Shown: positions 28,925-38,383 of the stretch, piece after piece
How positions within the stretch are numbered: position 1 is the stretch's first letter
Layout of the letters: every line of letters starts with the position of its first letter
NCBI GenBank assembly: GCA_963555995.3
Contig: OY821641.1
Span: forward strand, 1,888,001 to 1,952,000
Length of the DNA: 64,000 nt
Reading direction: 5' to 3'
DNA from: Vicinamibacteria bacterium
Lineage (GTDB): Bacteria; Acidobacteriota; Vicinamibacteria; Marinacidobacterales; Marinacidobacteraceae
The notes under the pieces: model-generated
What the model saw: the letters and a program-made list of their open reading frames with translations, nothing else
Told to the model about the DNA's origin: nothing
Database searches by the model: none
Position numbers and translations under genes: made by a program

Positions 28925-30085
28925 TCAGGCCTCCGCCGCTTGCCGGCGCCGCCAGACGATCGCCGCCACCGGCAGCAGCGCGGCCAGCACGGTCCAGCCG
29001 AGCGGCTGGCGGAGAAGCCCCGCGAGGATCGCCAGCAGGAAAGCCGCTCCCCAGACGAGCCGGGCCGGGCCGTACCAGCGGGCGTGCCGGGTGGCGAGGA
29101 GAAAGTCGCTGGGCGGCACCGCGAGGGCGATGAGACTGGTCCGGAACTCGGGGAGCGGGCTCAGGATCAGCACCGCGGTCCCCAGCGTTCCCACGAACCC
29201 CATCAGCACCGCCGCGCCAGCGGCCCCGGCGCGCCGCGGCCCGGGCGTCCGCGGCAGCGCGATGAGCAGCGTGAGGAACCCGGCGATCCCGAAGAGCCAG
29301 GGCAGATACGGGCGGCTTCCCGGATCGGGCGGCAGCAGGTCCCCGTAGCTGCCGGTGTGCAGCCGCCGGGGCGGCGCGTCGAACGCCGCTTCCACGCCGT
29401 AGCGGAGCGCGCCCGGCAGGAACATGGCGTCGAACGAGGAAATGGGCTCGTCGGCGACCGACCCCACGCCGACGTCCGAGAGCCAGAGCAGGAAGGGATC
29501 CCCGTACAACCCGCGGCGGATGTGCCCGCGAAACGTCGGTTCGCGCTCCGGCCCCGCGAAGGGCAACGGCAGCGGGATCGGCTGGCGGAGCCTCCCGGAC
29601 GCCGCTTCATCGAGGTAGTCCCGAATGCGGCTCGTGCAGTTGTCGTCGAAGTGGTTGTAGATGTACTCGCTGTCGCCGGGCACCAGGTCCCGGGCGATCC
29701 GGCCGAGGAGCGCCTCGCGCGCTTCCGGAGCGAGGTCGAGATCCTGGCGGAACACGCTCCGGTCGTCCCGCGCGTAAACCCGCACCGTGTCTTCGTACCC
29801 CGAGACCGCCATCCAGAAGACGGCTTCGCCCCGGAGGACCTCCTGGACGAGTCCCACCGGCCGCGAGAAGTCCGTGACCCCGTAGTTCAGGCACCGCTCC
29901 CCGACGCAGAGCGCGGCGTGCCCCCACTTGCGGAAGACCACCGAGTGGTCGGGGCCCATCGTCAGCAGGAAGATGGGCGGGGCGTCCGGGGTCTCGGACC
30001 GAGCCTCCGCATCCTGGCCCCGGGCCATGGCGCCCGGCAGCGAGACCGCGAGCCCGGCCAGCAACAGCAGAGAGAAACGGGCCAA
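28925..30085 (-). CDS. DUF4105/Lnb-like protein (N-terminal periplasmic domain plus C-terminal TM helices)
   Basis: LLTMGP..WGHAAL, NYGVTDF, YNHFDDNCTSRIRD, MFLP, four TM segments. Confidence 0.75.
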   Translation of the reverse strand: MARFSLLLLAGLAVSLPGAMARGQDAEARSETPDAPPIFLLTMGPDHSVVFRKWGHAALCVGERCLNYGVTDFSRPVGLVQEVLRGEAVFWMAVSGYEDTVRVYARDDRSVFRQDLDLAPEAREALLGRIARDLVPGDSEYIYNHFDDNCTSRIRDYLDEAASGRLRQPIPLPLPFAGPEREPTFRGHIRRGLYGDPFLLWLSDVGVGSVADEPISSFDAMFLPGALRYGVEAAFDAPPRRLHTGSYGDLLPPDPGSRPYLPWLFGIAGFLTLLIALPRTPGPRRAGAAGAAVLMGFVGTLGTAVLILSPLPEFRTSLIALAVPPSDFLLATRHARWYGPARLVWGAAFLLAILAGLLRQPLGWTVLAALLPVAAIVWRRRQAAEA

Positions 30086-30135
30086 GACGAAGCGGAATTC
30101 TAGTGAGGGAGGGGACCGTCTCTATACTCAAAACG

Positions 30136-32151
30136 ATGCGCATCCAGCCCGCGCGGAGGAAGCCCGGCGTTCCCCTGCCCTCCGCGCCGGCGGATGGCGG
30201 GGGCGCGCGTCCTGCGGCCCCGGTGACCGGGCGGGCGCTCATCTTCTGGGACCCGAAGCGTCCCGGCCGGAAGCGGGACGCGATGGATACCGACCAGATC
30301 ACCCCTTCCGCCGACTGCGTTTCCGAGAGCCTCGACGCGCTCGACGCGCGCTGGAAAGCGGGAGCGTTCCGCCACCTGATGCCGGACTTCGCGGCCCGCG
30401 TGCAAGCCGGGCAGAACTTCCTGATCGCCGGCGAGCGGTTCGGCATCGGCTCCTCGCGGGAGATGAGCCCGGCGGGGCTGCTCGGCATCGCCCGGGACGC
30501 GGGGACCACCCTGGTGCTCGTGCTCGGGTCCGGCGTCGGCGACATCTTCCGCCGGAACGCGCTCAACCTCGGGCTCGAGGTGCTCGAATGCCCCGCCGCC
30601 GCCGGGGACGCCCGGGACGGCCACCGGTTCACCTTCGATCCGGCGACGCGGCGGCTCGCGAACGACTCGCTCGGCCGCTCCTACGACCCGAAGCCGCTCA
30701 CCGCGCGGGAGGCGGAACTCCGGCGGTCCGGCGGCATCGTGGCGGCGGGACGCCGCGAGTTCCTCGCTTCCGTCGAGGCCGAACCGCGGACCGAGTGGCC
30801 CGGGCCAAAGGAGCGGGACCACCTCACCGTGACCGAGCAGATCCTCTGGGCGCACCGGGTGGACCGCCGCGCCCCGGTCTCGGTGGGAGAGAGCATCCTG
30901 GTGACGGCGGACCTGCTGCCCGCTTCCGACGGCACCGCGCCGTTCGCGATCCACACCTTCCGGGAGATCACCGGGGGCGCCATCCATCCCCGGCAGGCCG
31001 CGATCGCCAACGACCACTTCGTCTTCACCGGACGCGCCGCGGACGACCGGCAGACGGAGATCAGCCGGAGGTTCGCCGAAGCCGAGGGGCTGCGGGCTCC
31101 CTGGTTCGCGACCCCGGGGGACGGCATCTTCCACTTCTACTTCCCCGAACAGGGACTCGTGTTTCCCGGCGCGGTGATCCCGGGGGCCGACAGCCACAGC
31201 CGCGCCTACGGCGCCTACGGGGCGCTCGGCATCGGCGTCGGATCGAGCGCGCTCGGCTTCGGCTGGGCCACCGGGAGCGTCCTCCTGACCCCGCCGCCGG
31301 CCCGCCGGGTGGTGCTCACCGGCCAGATCCCTCCCTGGTCCTCGGGCAAGGACATCGTCCTGGCGCTCATCGCGCGGTGGAACGGCGCCGCCGCCGGCGC
31401 CTCGGTGGAGTTCGTGGATGAGCGCCACGCCCTGCCGATCACCTGGCGCAACACGATCTGCAACATGATGGCGGAGGCGGAAGCCTGGAACGGGATATTC
31501 CCCTGCGACGAGGTCACGGCGGGGTTCTACGCGGACCGCGGGTCCGGAGACCTCCCCTATCCGCCGCTCACGAGCGGCGCCGCCGCGGACTTCGCCGCCG
31601 AAGAGGTCTTCGACCTCGCGGGGGTGGAGCCGCTGGTGGCGCTTCCCTCGGCGCCCGGGAACGCGCACCCCGCGACCGAGGTCGCGGAAGGCCGCCTCGG
31701 GTTCGACCGCGCCTACATCGGGTCCTGCACGAACGGCAGCTACGACGACCTGCTCGCCGCCGCCCAGGTCGTGCGCGCGGCGCGCGAACGGGGACACGAC
31801 CGGACGCGCGAGAAGTTCGTCATCTTTCCGGGCTCGGGAGGCGTCCGCAAGGCGATCGAGGAGGCCGAACCGCGCCTCGGGGGGGAACCAGTCGCTTCCG
31901 TACTGCGCTCGGTGGGAGGCGAGATCCGGGCGTCGTGGTGCGGTCCGTGTTTCGGTCAGGGCGAGGACGCCCTCCGGCCGGGAATGCGGGCGATCACGTC
32001 CTTCAACCGGAACTGGGAGAACCGGATGGGCCGGGGCGGCGAGGGCTACCTCGCGAGCCCGGCGGTGGTGGCCGCCTCCGCCCTGCTCGGATACATCGCG
32101 CCGCCTTCCGAACTCGGGCTCCGCTGGGACCCGGAACGGTTCGGCGGATGA
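30136..32151 (+). CDS. Aconitase-family hydro-lyase; LeuD-like swivel domain fused N-terminally to a LeuC-like large subunit
   Basis: DTDQITP, FGIGSSRE, IFRRNALNLG (swivel), then DHF, GIFH, GADSHS, GSCTNG, CGPCFG, NRN, ASPAVVAASA. Confidence 0.88.
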   Translation: MRIQPARRKPGVPLPSAPADGGGARPAAPVTGRALIFWDPKRPGRKRDAMDTDQITPSADCVSESLDALDARWKAGAFRHLMPDFAARVQAGQNFLIAGERFGIGSSREMSPAGLLGIARDAGTTLVLVLGSGVGDIFRRNALNLGLEVLECPAAAGDARDGHRFTFDPATRRLANDSLGRSYDPKPLTAREAELRRSGGIVAAGRREFLASVEAEPRTEWPGPKERDHLTVTEQILWAHRVDRRAPVSVGESILVTADLLPASDGTAPFAIHTFREITGGAIHPRQAAIANDHFVFTGRAADDRQTEISRRFAEAEGLRAPWFATPGDGIFHFYFPEQGLVFPGAVIPGADSHSRAYGAYGALGIGVGSSALGFGWATGSVLLTPPPARRVVLTGQIPPWSSGKDIVLALIARWNGAAAGASVEFVDERHALPITWRNTICNMMAEAEAWNGIFPCDEVTAGFYADRGSGDLPYPPLTSGAAADFAAEEVFDLAGVEPLVALPSAPGNAHPATEVAEGRLGFDRAYIGSCTNGSYDDLLAAAQVVRAARERGHDRTREKFVIFPGSGGVRKAIEEAEPRLGGEPVASVLRSVGGEIRASWCGPCFGQGEDALRPGMRAITSFNRNWENRMGRGGEGYLASPAVVAASALLGYIAPPSELGLRWDPERFGG

Positions 32152-32174
32152 TGACCCCGCTGTGGAACCCGCCG

Positions 32175-32618
32175 CTATCCGACCAGCGTGAGCGCGGACT
32201 CAAGCCGGGTTCCCGTGAGCGCCCGCGCGAGGCGGCCGTCGAAGGTAGCGAGGCGGCCGCGATGGCGCGCCGCCAGGGTGGCGAGGTGGAAATCCGTTAC
32301 CTGCCTGTGCCCCTGGAGCCGCCGCCGGACATCATCGTCCAGCAGAGTCCTCGCCGGAACGTCATCGGACCAGAAGGTGTGTCCGCCCGAATCGCAGAAC
32401 TCCGCCAACCGCTTCGCCGCCGTGCCGGGTGTCTCCGGCGCACCCGGGTAGGCGGGATTCGACAGAACCTGAATAAAGCCCAGTTCCGTGATCGCGCATG
32501 TCGCCCAACCGGATCTCCCGCCCGCGCGGAACCAGGCATGGGCGGCTTCGTGATGCGCGTGACTGTCGTCGAACAGCGCGAGCAGCACGTTGACGTCCAA
32601 CAGGTACGTCACGGCCAC
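32175..32618 (-). CDS. vapC: VapC-family PIN toxin
   Basis: YLLDVNVLLAL, HHEAAHAWF, CAITELGF, QVTDFHLATLA, LATFD. Confidence 0.9.
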   Translation of the reverse strand: MAVTYLLDVNVLLALFDDSHAHHEAAHAWFRAGGRSGWATCAITELGFIQVLSNPAYPGAPETPGTAAKRLAEFCDSGGHTFWSDDVPARTLLDDDVRRRLQGHRQVTDFHLATLAARHRGRLATFDGRLARALTGTRLESALTLVG

Positions 32619-32848
32619 TCATCTCGGAGCCGGTTGACAAGTTCCAGGTCCGGACGGGGTGCTCCTGGCGGCAGGGACACCGGCCGGCGTAGCAGGGGAA
32701 CGCCGTTCCGCACCACCGGCGCCTCCCTTGGCCCCAGCCCCTTCAGGATCAGTTCCGACGCGACCGCCCCCAAAGTTGTCTGGCGCCGGGCAGCGAGGAA
32801 ACGCACGGCGGCGATGGCTTCGGGATCGAGGTTCAGGGTGGTCCGCAT
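32609..32848 (-). CDS. VapB/CopG-like antitoxin
   Basis: MRTTLNLD...LGAVASELI...RNGVPLL; overlaps the PIN toxin. Confidence 0.85.
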   Translation of the reverse strand: MRTTLNLDPEAIAAVRFLAARRQTTLGAVASELILKGLGPREAPVVRNGVPLLRRPVSLPPGAPRPDLELVNRLRDEWP

Positions 32849-32938
32849 GGATGGCAGGATAACCGACGCTGATGCGCCACATCACGCACCAATCGAGCAA
32901 ACCCTGGGTGAGCGCCGGCAAGCGGGCCGCTTCCGCAC

Positions 32939-34546
32939 GTGACCATCCACCTCCGCGACACCCGGCCGCCGCTGCCGGTGGACCGCTTGATCGCCGACCG
33001 GGCGCCCGGCCCCGAGGCGCTGCCGTTCGACGTGGCGATCGTGGGCGGCGGACCCGCCGGCCTGGCCGCCGCGATCCGGTTGGCCCAGACGGCGAAGGCA
33101 GCCGGCGAGGAGTTCACCGTCTGCGTCTTCGAGAAGGCCGCCGAACTCGGTGGCCACTGCCTTTCGGGGGCGGTGGTCAATCCCATCGCCTTCCGCGAGC
33201 TGTTTCCCGGAACGGAGGACACCGGGTTCCCGTTGCGGGAGCGGGTGACGCGGGAGAGCGTCCACTTCCTCACCCGAGGACGGAGCGTCCGTATCCCGAC
33301 GCCGCCCACCATGCGGAATCACGGGTTCTACACCGCGTCGCTCTCGGAGATCGCCCGCTGGCTGGGCGAACGCGCGGAAGGGCTCGGGGTGGAGGTGTTC
33401 CCGGGATTCGCGGTCGGTTCCCTGCTGCTGCAGGGGCAACGCGTCGTCGGGCTGGAGACCGTCCCGGCGGGACGGCGGAAGGACGGGACTCCCGGGCCGG
33501 GCTTCGAGCCCGCCACCGAGGTGGCGGCGCGCGTCGTCGTCCTCGCCGAGGGAGCGCGGGGACCGCTGGGCCAGGCGTGGCGAGCCCGACTGGGCATCGG
33601 CTCCCCGAGCCCGCCCATCTTCGCGCTGGGGGTCAAGGAACTCTGGAGAACGGAGAACCCACCCGACCGGGTGCTCCACACGATGGGCTACCCGCTGCCG
33701 CGTTCCGCGTTCGGGGGCGGCTTCCTATACCCCATGGGCGACGACGTCGCCGCGCTCGGCATCGTGGTCGGCCTCGACGCCCCCACGGAAGCGCTCGACG
33801 CCCACCGGGCGCTCCAGTCGCTCAAGGCCCATCCCCTGATCCGGCCGTATCTCGAGGGCGGCGAGTGCCTCGAATGGGGCGCGCGGCTGATCCCGGAGGG
33901 AGGACTCGGCTCGCTGCCCGCGCGGCTGTCCGGGGAGGGGCTGCTGCTCGTCGGAGACACCGCCGGGTTCGTGGACGTGCCGTCCCTCAAGGGCATCCAC
34001 TACGCGATGCTCTCGGGAATGCTCGCCGCCGACGCGGCGGTCGCGCATCTGCGGGCGGGAGTGCCGCTGTCGCTCTACGACGCCTCGCTGCAGGACAGCG
34101 AGATCCTCGCCGACCTGCGGCGCAACCGGAACATGCGGCCCGCTTTCCAGCGCGGCTTCTACCGCGGGGCGCTCACGTCCGTGCTCGCCACCCTGACCGC
34201 CGGGGCGCTCCCCCGGGGCACCCTGCCGGTGGAGGACGATGTCAAGCGACCCCGGGAAGCGCCCGCATCCATGTCTCCCCCGCCCTTCTCGAAGCTCGAC
34301 GGGGTGTTCCGTTCCGGGAACAACACCCGCGACGACATCCCCTCGCATCTCGTGGTTCCGGAGAAGGCGCCCGCGGAAACCGCAGCGCTCTGGGAGCGGA
34401 TCTGCCCGGCGGGGGTCTATGAAGCGCGCGGCGACGGCCTGACGGTCAACCCCTCGAACTGCGTGGACTGCCGCGCCGCCGACGTGTTCGGCCCCCGCTG
34501 GACCCCCCGCGAGGGCGGCGTGGGCCCCCGCTGGCGCCGGATGTAG
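32939..34546 (+). CDS. Electron-transfer flavoprotein:quinone oxidoreductase (ETF-QO/FixC-X)
   Basis: GGGPAGL, GGHCLSGA, GVKELW, GGGFLY, IPEGG, KGIHYAMLSG, CPAGVYE, NCVDC. Confidence 0.9.
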   Translation: MTIHLRDTRPPLPVDRLIADRAPGPEALPFDVAIVGGGPAGLAAAIRLAQTAKAAGEEFTVCVFEKAAELGGHCLSGAVVNPIAFRELFPGTEDTGFPLRERVTRESVHFLTRGRSVRIPTPPTMRNHGFYTASLSEIARWLGERAEGLGVEVFPGFAVGSLLLQGQRVVGLETVPAGRRKDGTPGPGFEPATEVAARVVVLAEGARGPLGQAWRARLGIGSPSPPIFALGVKELWRTENPPDRVLHTMGYPLPRSAFGGGFLYPMGDDVAALGIVVGLDAPTEALDAHRALQSLKAHPLIRPYLEGGECLEWGARLIPEGGLGSLPARLSGEGLLLVGDTAGFVDVPSLKGIHYAMLSGMLAADAAVAHLRAGVPLSLYDASLQDSEILADLRRNRNMRPAFQRGFYRGALTSVLATLTAGALPRGTLPVEDDVKRPREAPASMSPPPFSKLDGVFRSGNNTRDDIPSHLVVPEKAPAETAALWERICPAGVYEARGDGLTVNPSNCVDCRAADVFGPRWTPREGGVGPRWRRM

Positions 34547-34560
34547 GGCAGAGCCCCGGT

Positions 34561-35943
34561 TCAGCTCTCCCGCGACAGGTAGTCGAGCAGGTCAATCGGG
34601 GTCAGCAGCCCCACCGCCTGCCCGCCGTCGGTCACCACCGTGATCCGGCCCCCGGCGAAGATCTGGGCCAGCTCCTCGAGCGGACTCGCCGCTTCCAGGG
34701 AAGCGATCTTGTCGGTCTTCACGAAGGCGCTGATCGGATCGCTCCGGCCCACCCCGCCGGAGAAGTGTCCCTCCAGCAGCGAGGCCTCGGTGACCACCCC
34801 GATGAAGCCGTTCTCGTCCCGGACCGGGAGCTGGGAGACGTCGTGCTGGCGCATCAGCGCCACGGCATCGCGGACTCCCGCGGTCGGGGGAACGCTCACG
34901 ATCTCCTGGCCGCCCTTCGCGGCCAGCACGTCGCCGACCGTCTCCCCTTCGCGCGGCGACTCCAGGAAGCCGTTCTGGCGCATCCAGTCATCGCTGAAGA
35001 TCTTGGAGAGGTAGCGGGCGCCCGAATCGGGCGCGAGCACCACGACGAGCGCGCCCGGCGGGACCCGTGCGGCCGCTTCGAGCGCCGCGACCATCGCGGT
35101 CCCCGTGGAGCCCCCCACGAAGAGGCCTTCTTCGCGGGCGAGCCGCCGGGTCATCAGGAAGGAGTCCCGGTCGCCCACCTGGATCACCTCGTCGACGACG
35201 GCGAAATCAATGGTGGACGGGATGAAGTCCTCGCCGATCCCTTCCACCTTGTAGGTGCGCGCCTCGCCGATCCTGCCGGTCCGGAAGTACTCGTCGTAGA
35301 GCGACCCCACCGGGTCCGCCCCCACCACGCGGATGTCCGGATTCCGCTCCTTGAGATAGCGGCCGGTCCCGGTGATCGTGCCGCCGGTCCCCAGCCCGCA
35401 CACGAGGGTGTGGATGTCGGGGCCGACCTGCTCCCAGAGTTCGGGACCGGTGGTGCGGTAGTGGGTCTCCGGATTCACCGGGTTGTGGTACTGGTTGGCG
35501 TAGAGGGCGCCTTCGGTCTCCTCTACGAGACGCTTCGCCACGCTGTAGTAGCTGCGCGGGTCCTCGGGTTCCACCGCGGTCGGCGTCACCACCACCTCGG
35601 CGCCGAGCGCCCGGAGCGCCCGGATCTTCTCGTCGCTCATCTTGTCGGGCATCACGAAGATGGAGCGGTAGCCCTTCACCGCCGCGACCATCGCAAGGCC
35701 CATCCCGGTGTTGCCGGAAGTCCCTTCGATGATCGTCCCGCCGGGTTTCAGGTCGCCCCGGCGCTCGGCGTCCTCGATGATCGTGATGGCGATCCGGTCC
35801 TTCACGGAGCCGCCCGGGTTGAACGACTCCAGCTTGACCGCGATCCGGCCGGGAAGGCCCCGGCCGATCCGCCGGAGCCCGACCAGGGGCGTGTCCCCGA
35901 CCGTCTCGAGGATCGTCCGGGCAATGGCGGATTCAGGGGTCAT
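34561..35943 (-). CDS. cbs: Cystathionine beta-synthase with C-terminal CBS domains
   Basis: NPGGSVKDR, GTSGNTG, GTGGT, YKVEGIGEDF, DSGARYLSKIFSDDWM, CBS pair (VSQLPV). Confidence 0.92.
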   Translation of the reverse strand: MTPESAIARTILETVGDTPLVGLRRIGRGLPGRIAVKLESFNPGGSVKDRIAITIIEDAERRGDLKPGGTIIEGTSGNTGMGLAMVAAVKGYRSIFVMPDKMSDEKIRALRALGAEVVVTPTAVEPEDPRSYYSVAKRLVEETEGALYANQYHNPVNPETHYRTTGPELWEQVGPDIHTLVCGLGTGGTITGTGRYLKERNPDIRVVGADPVGSLYDEYFRTGRIGEARTYKVEGIGEDFIPSTIDFAVVDEVIQVGDRDSFLMTRRLAREEGLFVGGSTGTAMVAALEAAARVPPGALVVVLAPDSGARYLSKIFSDDWMRQNGFLESPREGETVGDVLAAKGGQEIVSVPPTAGVRDAVALMRQHDVSQLPVRDENGFIGVVTEASLLEGHFSGGVGRSDPISAFVKTDKIASLEAASPLEELAQIFAGGRITVVTDGGQAVGLLTPIDLLDYLSRES

Positions 35944-35974
35944 CGGTCTCTCCTTCCGGCGGTGACGGCGCGGC

Positions 35975-37609
35975 TCACTCGCCCTCCCGCCAGTGGGGGG
36001 TCAGCACCTCGCCCGCGAGCGCGCCGGTCGCCTCCCCGTCCTCGATCGCGAACACCCCGGCCACCAGCGCGTGCACGATGCCCTCGGCGAGCGCGTGGGG
36101 GTTCTCGTAGGTGGCCGCGTCCCGGAACCGGTCCACGTCCACGACGAGCAGGTCGGCCACCCGCCCGGGGGCGATCTGCCCCCGGTCGTGCATCCGGAAC
36201 ACCGTCGCCGGGAGGCTGGTCATCCCCCGGACCGCCTCGGCGAGCGTGAGCACCCCCCGCTCCCGGACGTAGCGGGCGATGCGCCTCGGAAACGCGCCGT
36301 AGAAGCGGGGATGCGGGCGTCCCTGGCCCGGCGGCACGAGGCCGCCGTCCGAGGAGCCCATCGTCCACTCGCGGGTCATGATGTGGGCGATGTCCTCCTC
36401 CGACATGTTGAAGGAGACGAGCCCCGCCCCGCCGTCGTCGAGCAGCCGGAGCGCCGCGTCAATCGGCTCGAGGCCCCACTCGGCGGCCAGATCGCTCAGG
36501 TACCGCCCCTCCAGCGCGGTGTCCGCCCGGTGCCGGGAGAGCAGCAGCGTCTCCGCCCCGCCCCGCCGCTCGAGGGCGACCAGCATGTCGGCCCGCAGGC
36601 GGGCGCGTTCCGCGGGGCTGGCGAGCCTCTCCTCGAGCGGCGAGGGCATCCCCGGCATCATCTCGCCCGCGAGCGCCCAGCGCGGCACCAGCGCGCCCAC
36701 GATGCTGGTTCCGGACGCCTCGTAGGGGTACTGGTCCGCGAAGACCTCCACCCCGCGGGCCCGGGCGGCGTCAATCGCCGCGGTCGCGTCCCGGCTGAGC
36801 CCCCAGACCGGGGGACCGAGCGCCTTGAAGTGCGTGACCACGCCCCGGATGCCCTGCGTCTCGGCGACCTCGACCACTTCCTCCACGGCGGCGACCAGGC
36901 CGATGTTGTAGTCGCTCTCGTCCCGGATGTGGCTGACGAAGGCGCCGTAGGGCGCGATCTCGGCCGCGAGGCGCACCACCTCGTCGTTCGCCGCGTAGCT
37001 GCCCGGCGCGTAGTAGAGGCCGCCCGTCATCCCGAAGGCCCCCGCCTCCATGCCGGCGCGCACGAGCGCGGCCATCCGTTCGAGTTCCTCCCCGGTCGGC
37101 GGACGGTCCTCCATCCCGAGCACCTCGCGGCGCACCGCGCCGTGGCCGATCATGAGGGCGACGTGGACCCCGATGCCGCCTTCGGTGAAGCGGCGGCGCT
37201 GTTCCGCGAGATCCACGTCGCCGCCCCCGTCCGGATTCACCATCACGGTGGTGATGCCCTGCCGGATCACCGGCTCCCCGGCGCGCAGTTCGGGGGTCGC
37301 GAGACCCGGCCCGGCGTGGGAGTGCGGATCAATGAAGCCGGGCATGACGGTGAGGCCGGCCGCGTCCACCTCGCGCGCCCCCGCCGGGACCTCGGCGGCG
37401 GGAACGACGCCGACGCGGGCGATGCGGTCGCCCACGACCAGCACGTCGCCCCGGTACCAGGGGTTTCCGGTCCCATCGAGGATCCGGCCGCCCCGGAAGA
37501 CGACCGCCGCGCCCTCCCCGGTCCCGGGCGGCGGAGCGGTCGAACAGGCGAAGCCGAGCATCGCCCCGGCCAGCAGGAGCATTCGGAATCGGATCGGCGA
37601 GTCGTTCAC
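35975..37609 (-). CDS. N-acyl-D-amino-acid deacylase (amidohydrolase), putative lipoprotein
   Basis: FAC lipobox, PGFIDPHSH, SHIRDE, DQYPY, HPRFYGAFPR; start is GTG 37609 or ATG 37618. Confidence 0.88.
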   Translation of the reverse strand: MNDSPIRFRMLLLAGAMLGFACSTAPPPGTGEGAAVVFRGGRILDGTGNPWYRGDVLVVGDRIARVGVVPAAEVPAGAREVDAAGLTVMPGFIDPHSHAGPGLATPELRAGEPVIRQGITTVMVNPDGGGDVDLAEQRRRFTEGGIGVHVALMIGHGAVRREVLGMEDRPPTGEELERMAALVRAGMEAGAFGMTGGLYYAPGSYAANDEVVRLAAEIAPYGAFVSHIRDESDYNIGLVAAVEEVVEVAETQGIRGVVTHFKALGPPVWGLSRDATAAIDAARARGVEVFADQYPYEASGTSIVGALVPRWALAGEMMPGMPSPLEERLASPAERARLRADMLVALERRGGAETLLLSRHRADTALEGRYLSDLAAEWGLEPIDAALRLLDDGGAGLVSFNMSEEDIAHIMTREWTMGSSDGGLVPPGQGRPHPRFYGAFPRRIARYVRERGVLTLAEAVRGMTSLPATVFRMHDRGQIAPGRVADLLVVDVDRFRDAATYENPHALAEGIVHALVAGVFAIEDGEATGALAGEVLTPHWREGE

Positions 37610-37653
37610 GGGGTCCATCCTACGGGAACCGCCCCGTATACTCGCCGGCAAAC

Positions 37654-38379
37654 TTGAACGTGCGAACGGCGGCGATCATTCCCGCACCCGGCGGCGAACC
37701 CGAGCTTTCCCAGGTGCTGGCGTCGCTTCCCCACGACCACCTGCGGGAAATCGTGGTCGTCGGCGCCCCGGGCGCCGAGTTCGCCGACGCCGCGCGGCGC
37801 TACGGAGCCACCGCCGTTGAGGAGGGACGCCCCGGCTACGGGCGCGCCTGCCTCACCGGGATGGTCCATCTCGCGCCCGAACCGCCCGACGTCGTCGTAT
37901 TCCTGCGCGGTGACGGAACGGACGACGCCGAGGAGCTTCCCGCGGTGCTGTCGCCGCTCCTGTCTCCGCAAGTGGACTTCGTCATGGGTTCGCGGAGCCG
38001 GGGACAGCCGGATCCCGGGGCCTATCCGGGCCTGGTCCGCATGGGGCACTGGATCGCGACGCGGCTCATCCTCCTGCTCTACGGCTATCGGTTCACCGAT
38101 CTCGGGCCATTCCGGGCCATCCGCTGGCGGGCGCTCATGCAGTTGAGCCTTTCGGACCCGGACTACGGCTGGCTCGCCGAGATGCAGGTAAGCGCCGCCC
38201 GGGCGCGCATACCGTCGGTTGAAGTCCCGGTTTCGAGTCGGCGGCCGACCGGAGGAGGCAACCGGATCGCCACCCTCGCCGGGTCGTTTCTCGCGGGCCT
38301 CAAGGTCGTGCTGACCGTCCTGCGGCCCAGGAGCACGGATCGCCCACGCATCCAGGAAACGGAACCTCAAACCGGCTGA
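37654..38379 (+). CDS. Glycosyltransferase family 2
   Basis: IIPA, GYGRACLTG, VVFL.GDGTD, FTDLGPFRAIR, EMQV. Confidence 0.82.
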   Translation: MNVRTAAIIPAPGGEPELSQVLASLPHDHLREIVVVGAPGAEFADAARRYGATAVEEGRPGYGRACLTGMVHLAPEPPDVVVFLRGDGTDDAEELPAVLSPLLSPQVDFVMGSRSRGQPDPGAYPGLVRMGHWIATRLILLLYGYRFTDLGPFRAIRWRALMQLSLSDPDYGWLAEMQVSAARARIPSVEVPVSSRRPTGGGNRIATLAGSFLAGLKVVLTVLRPRSTDRPRIQETEPQTG

Positions 38380-38383
38380 CCGC

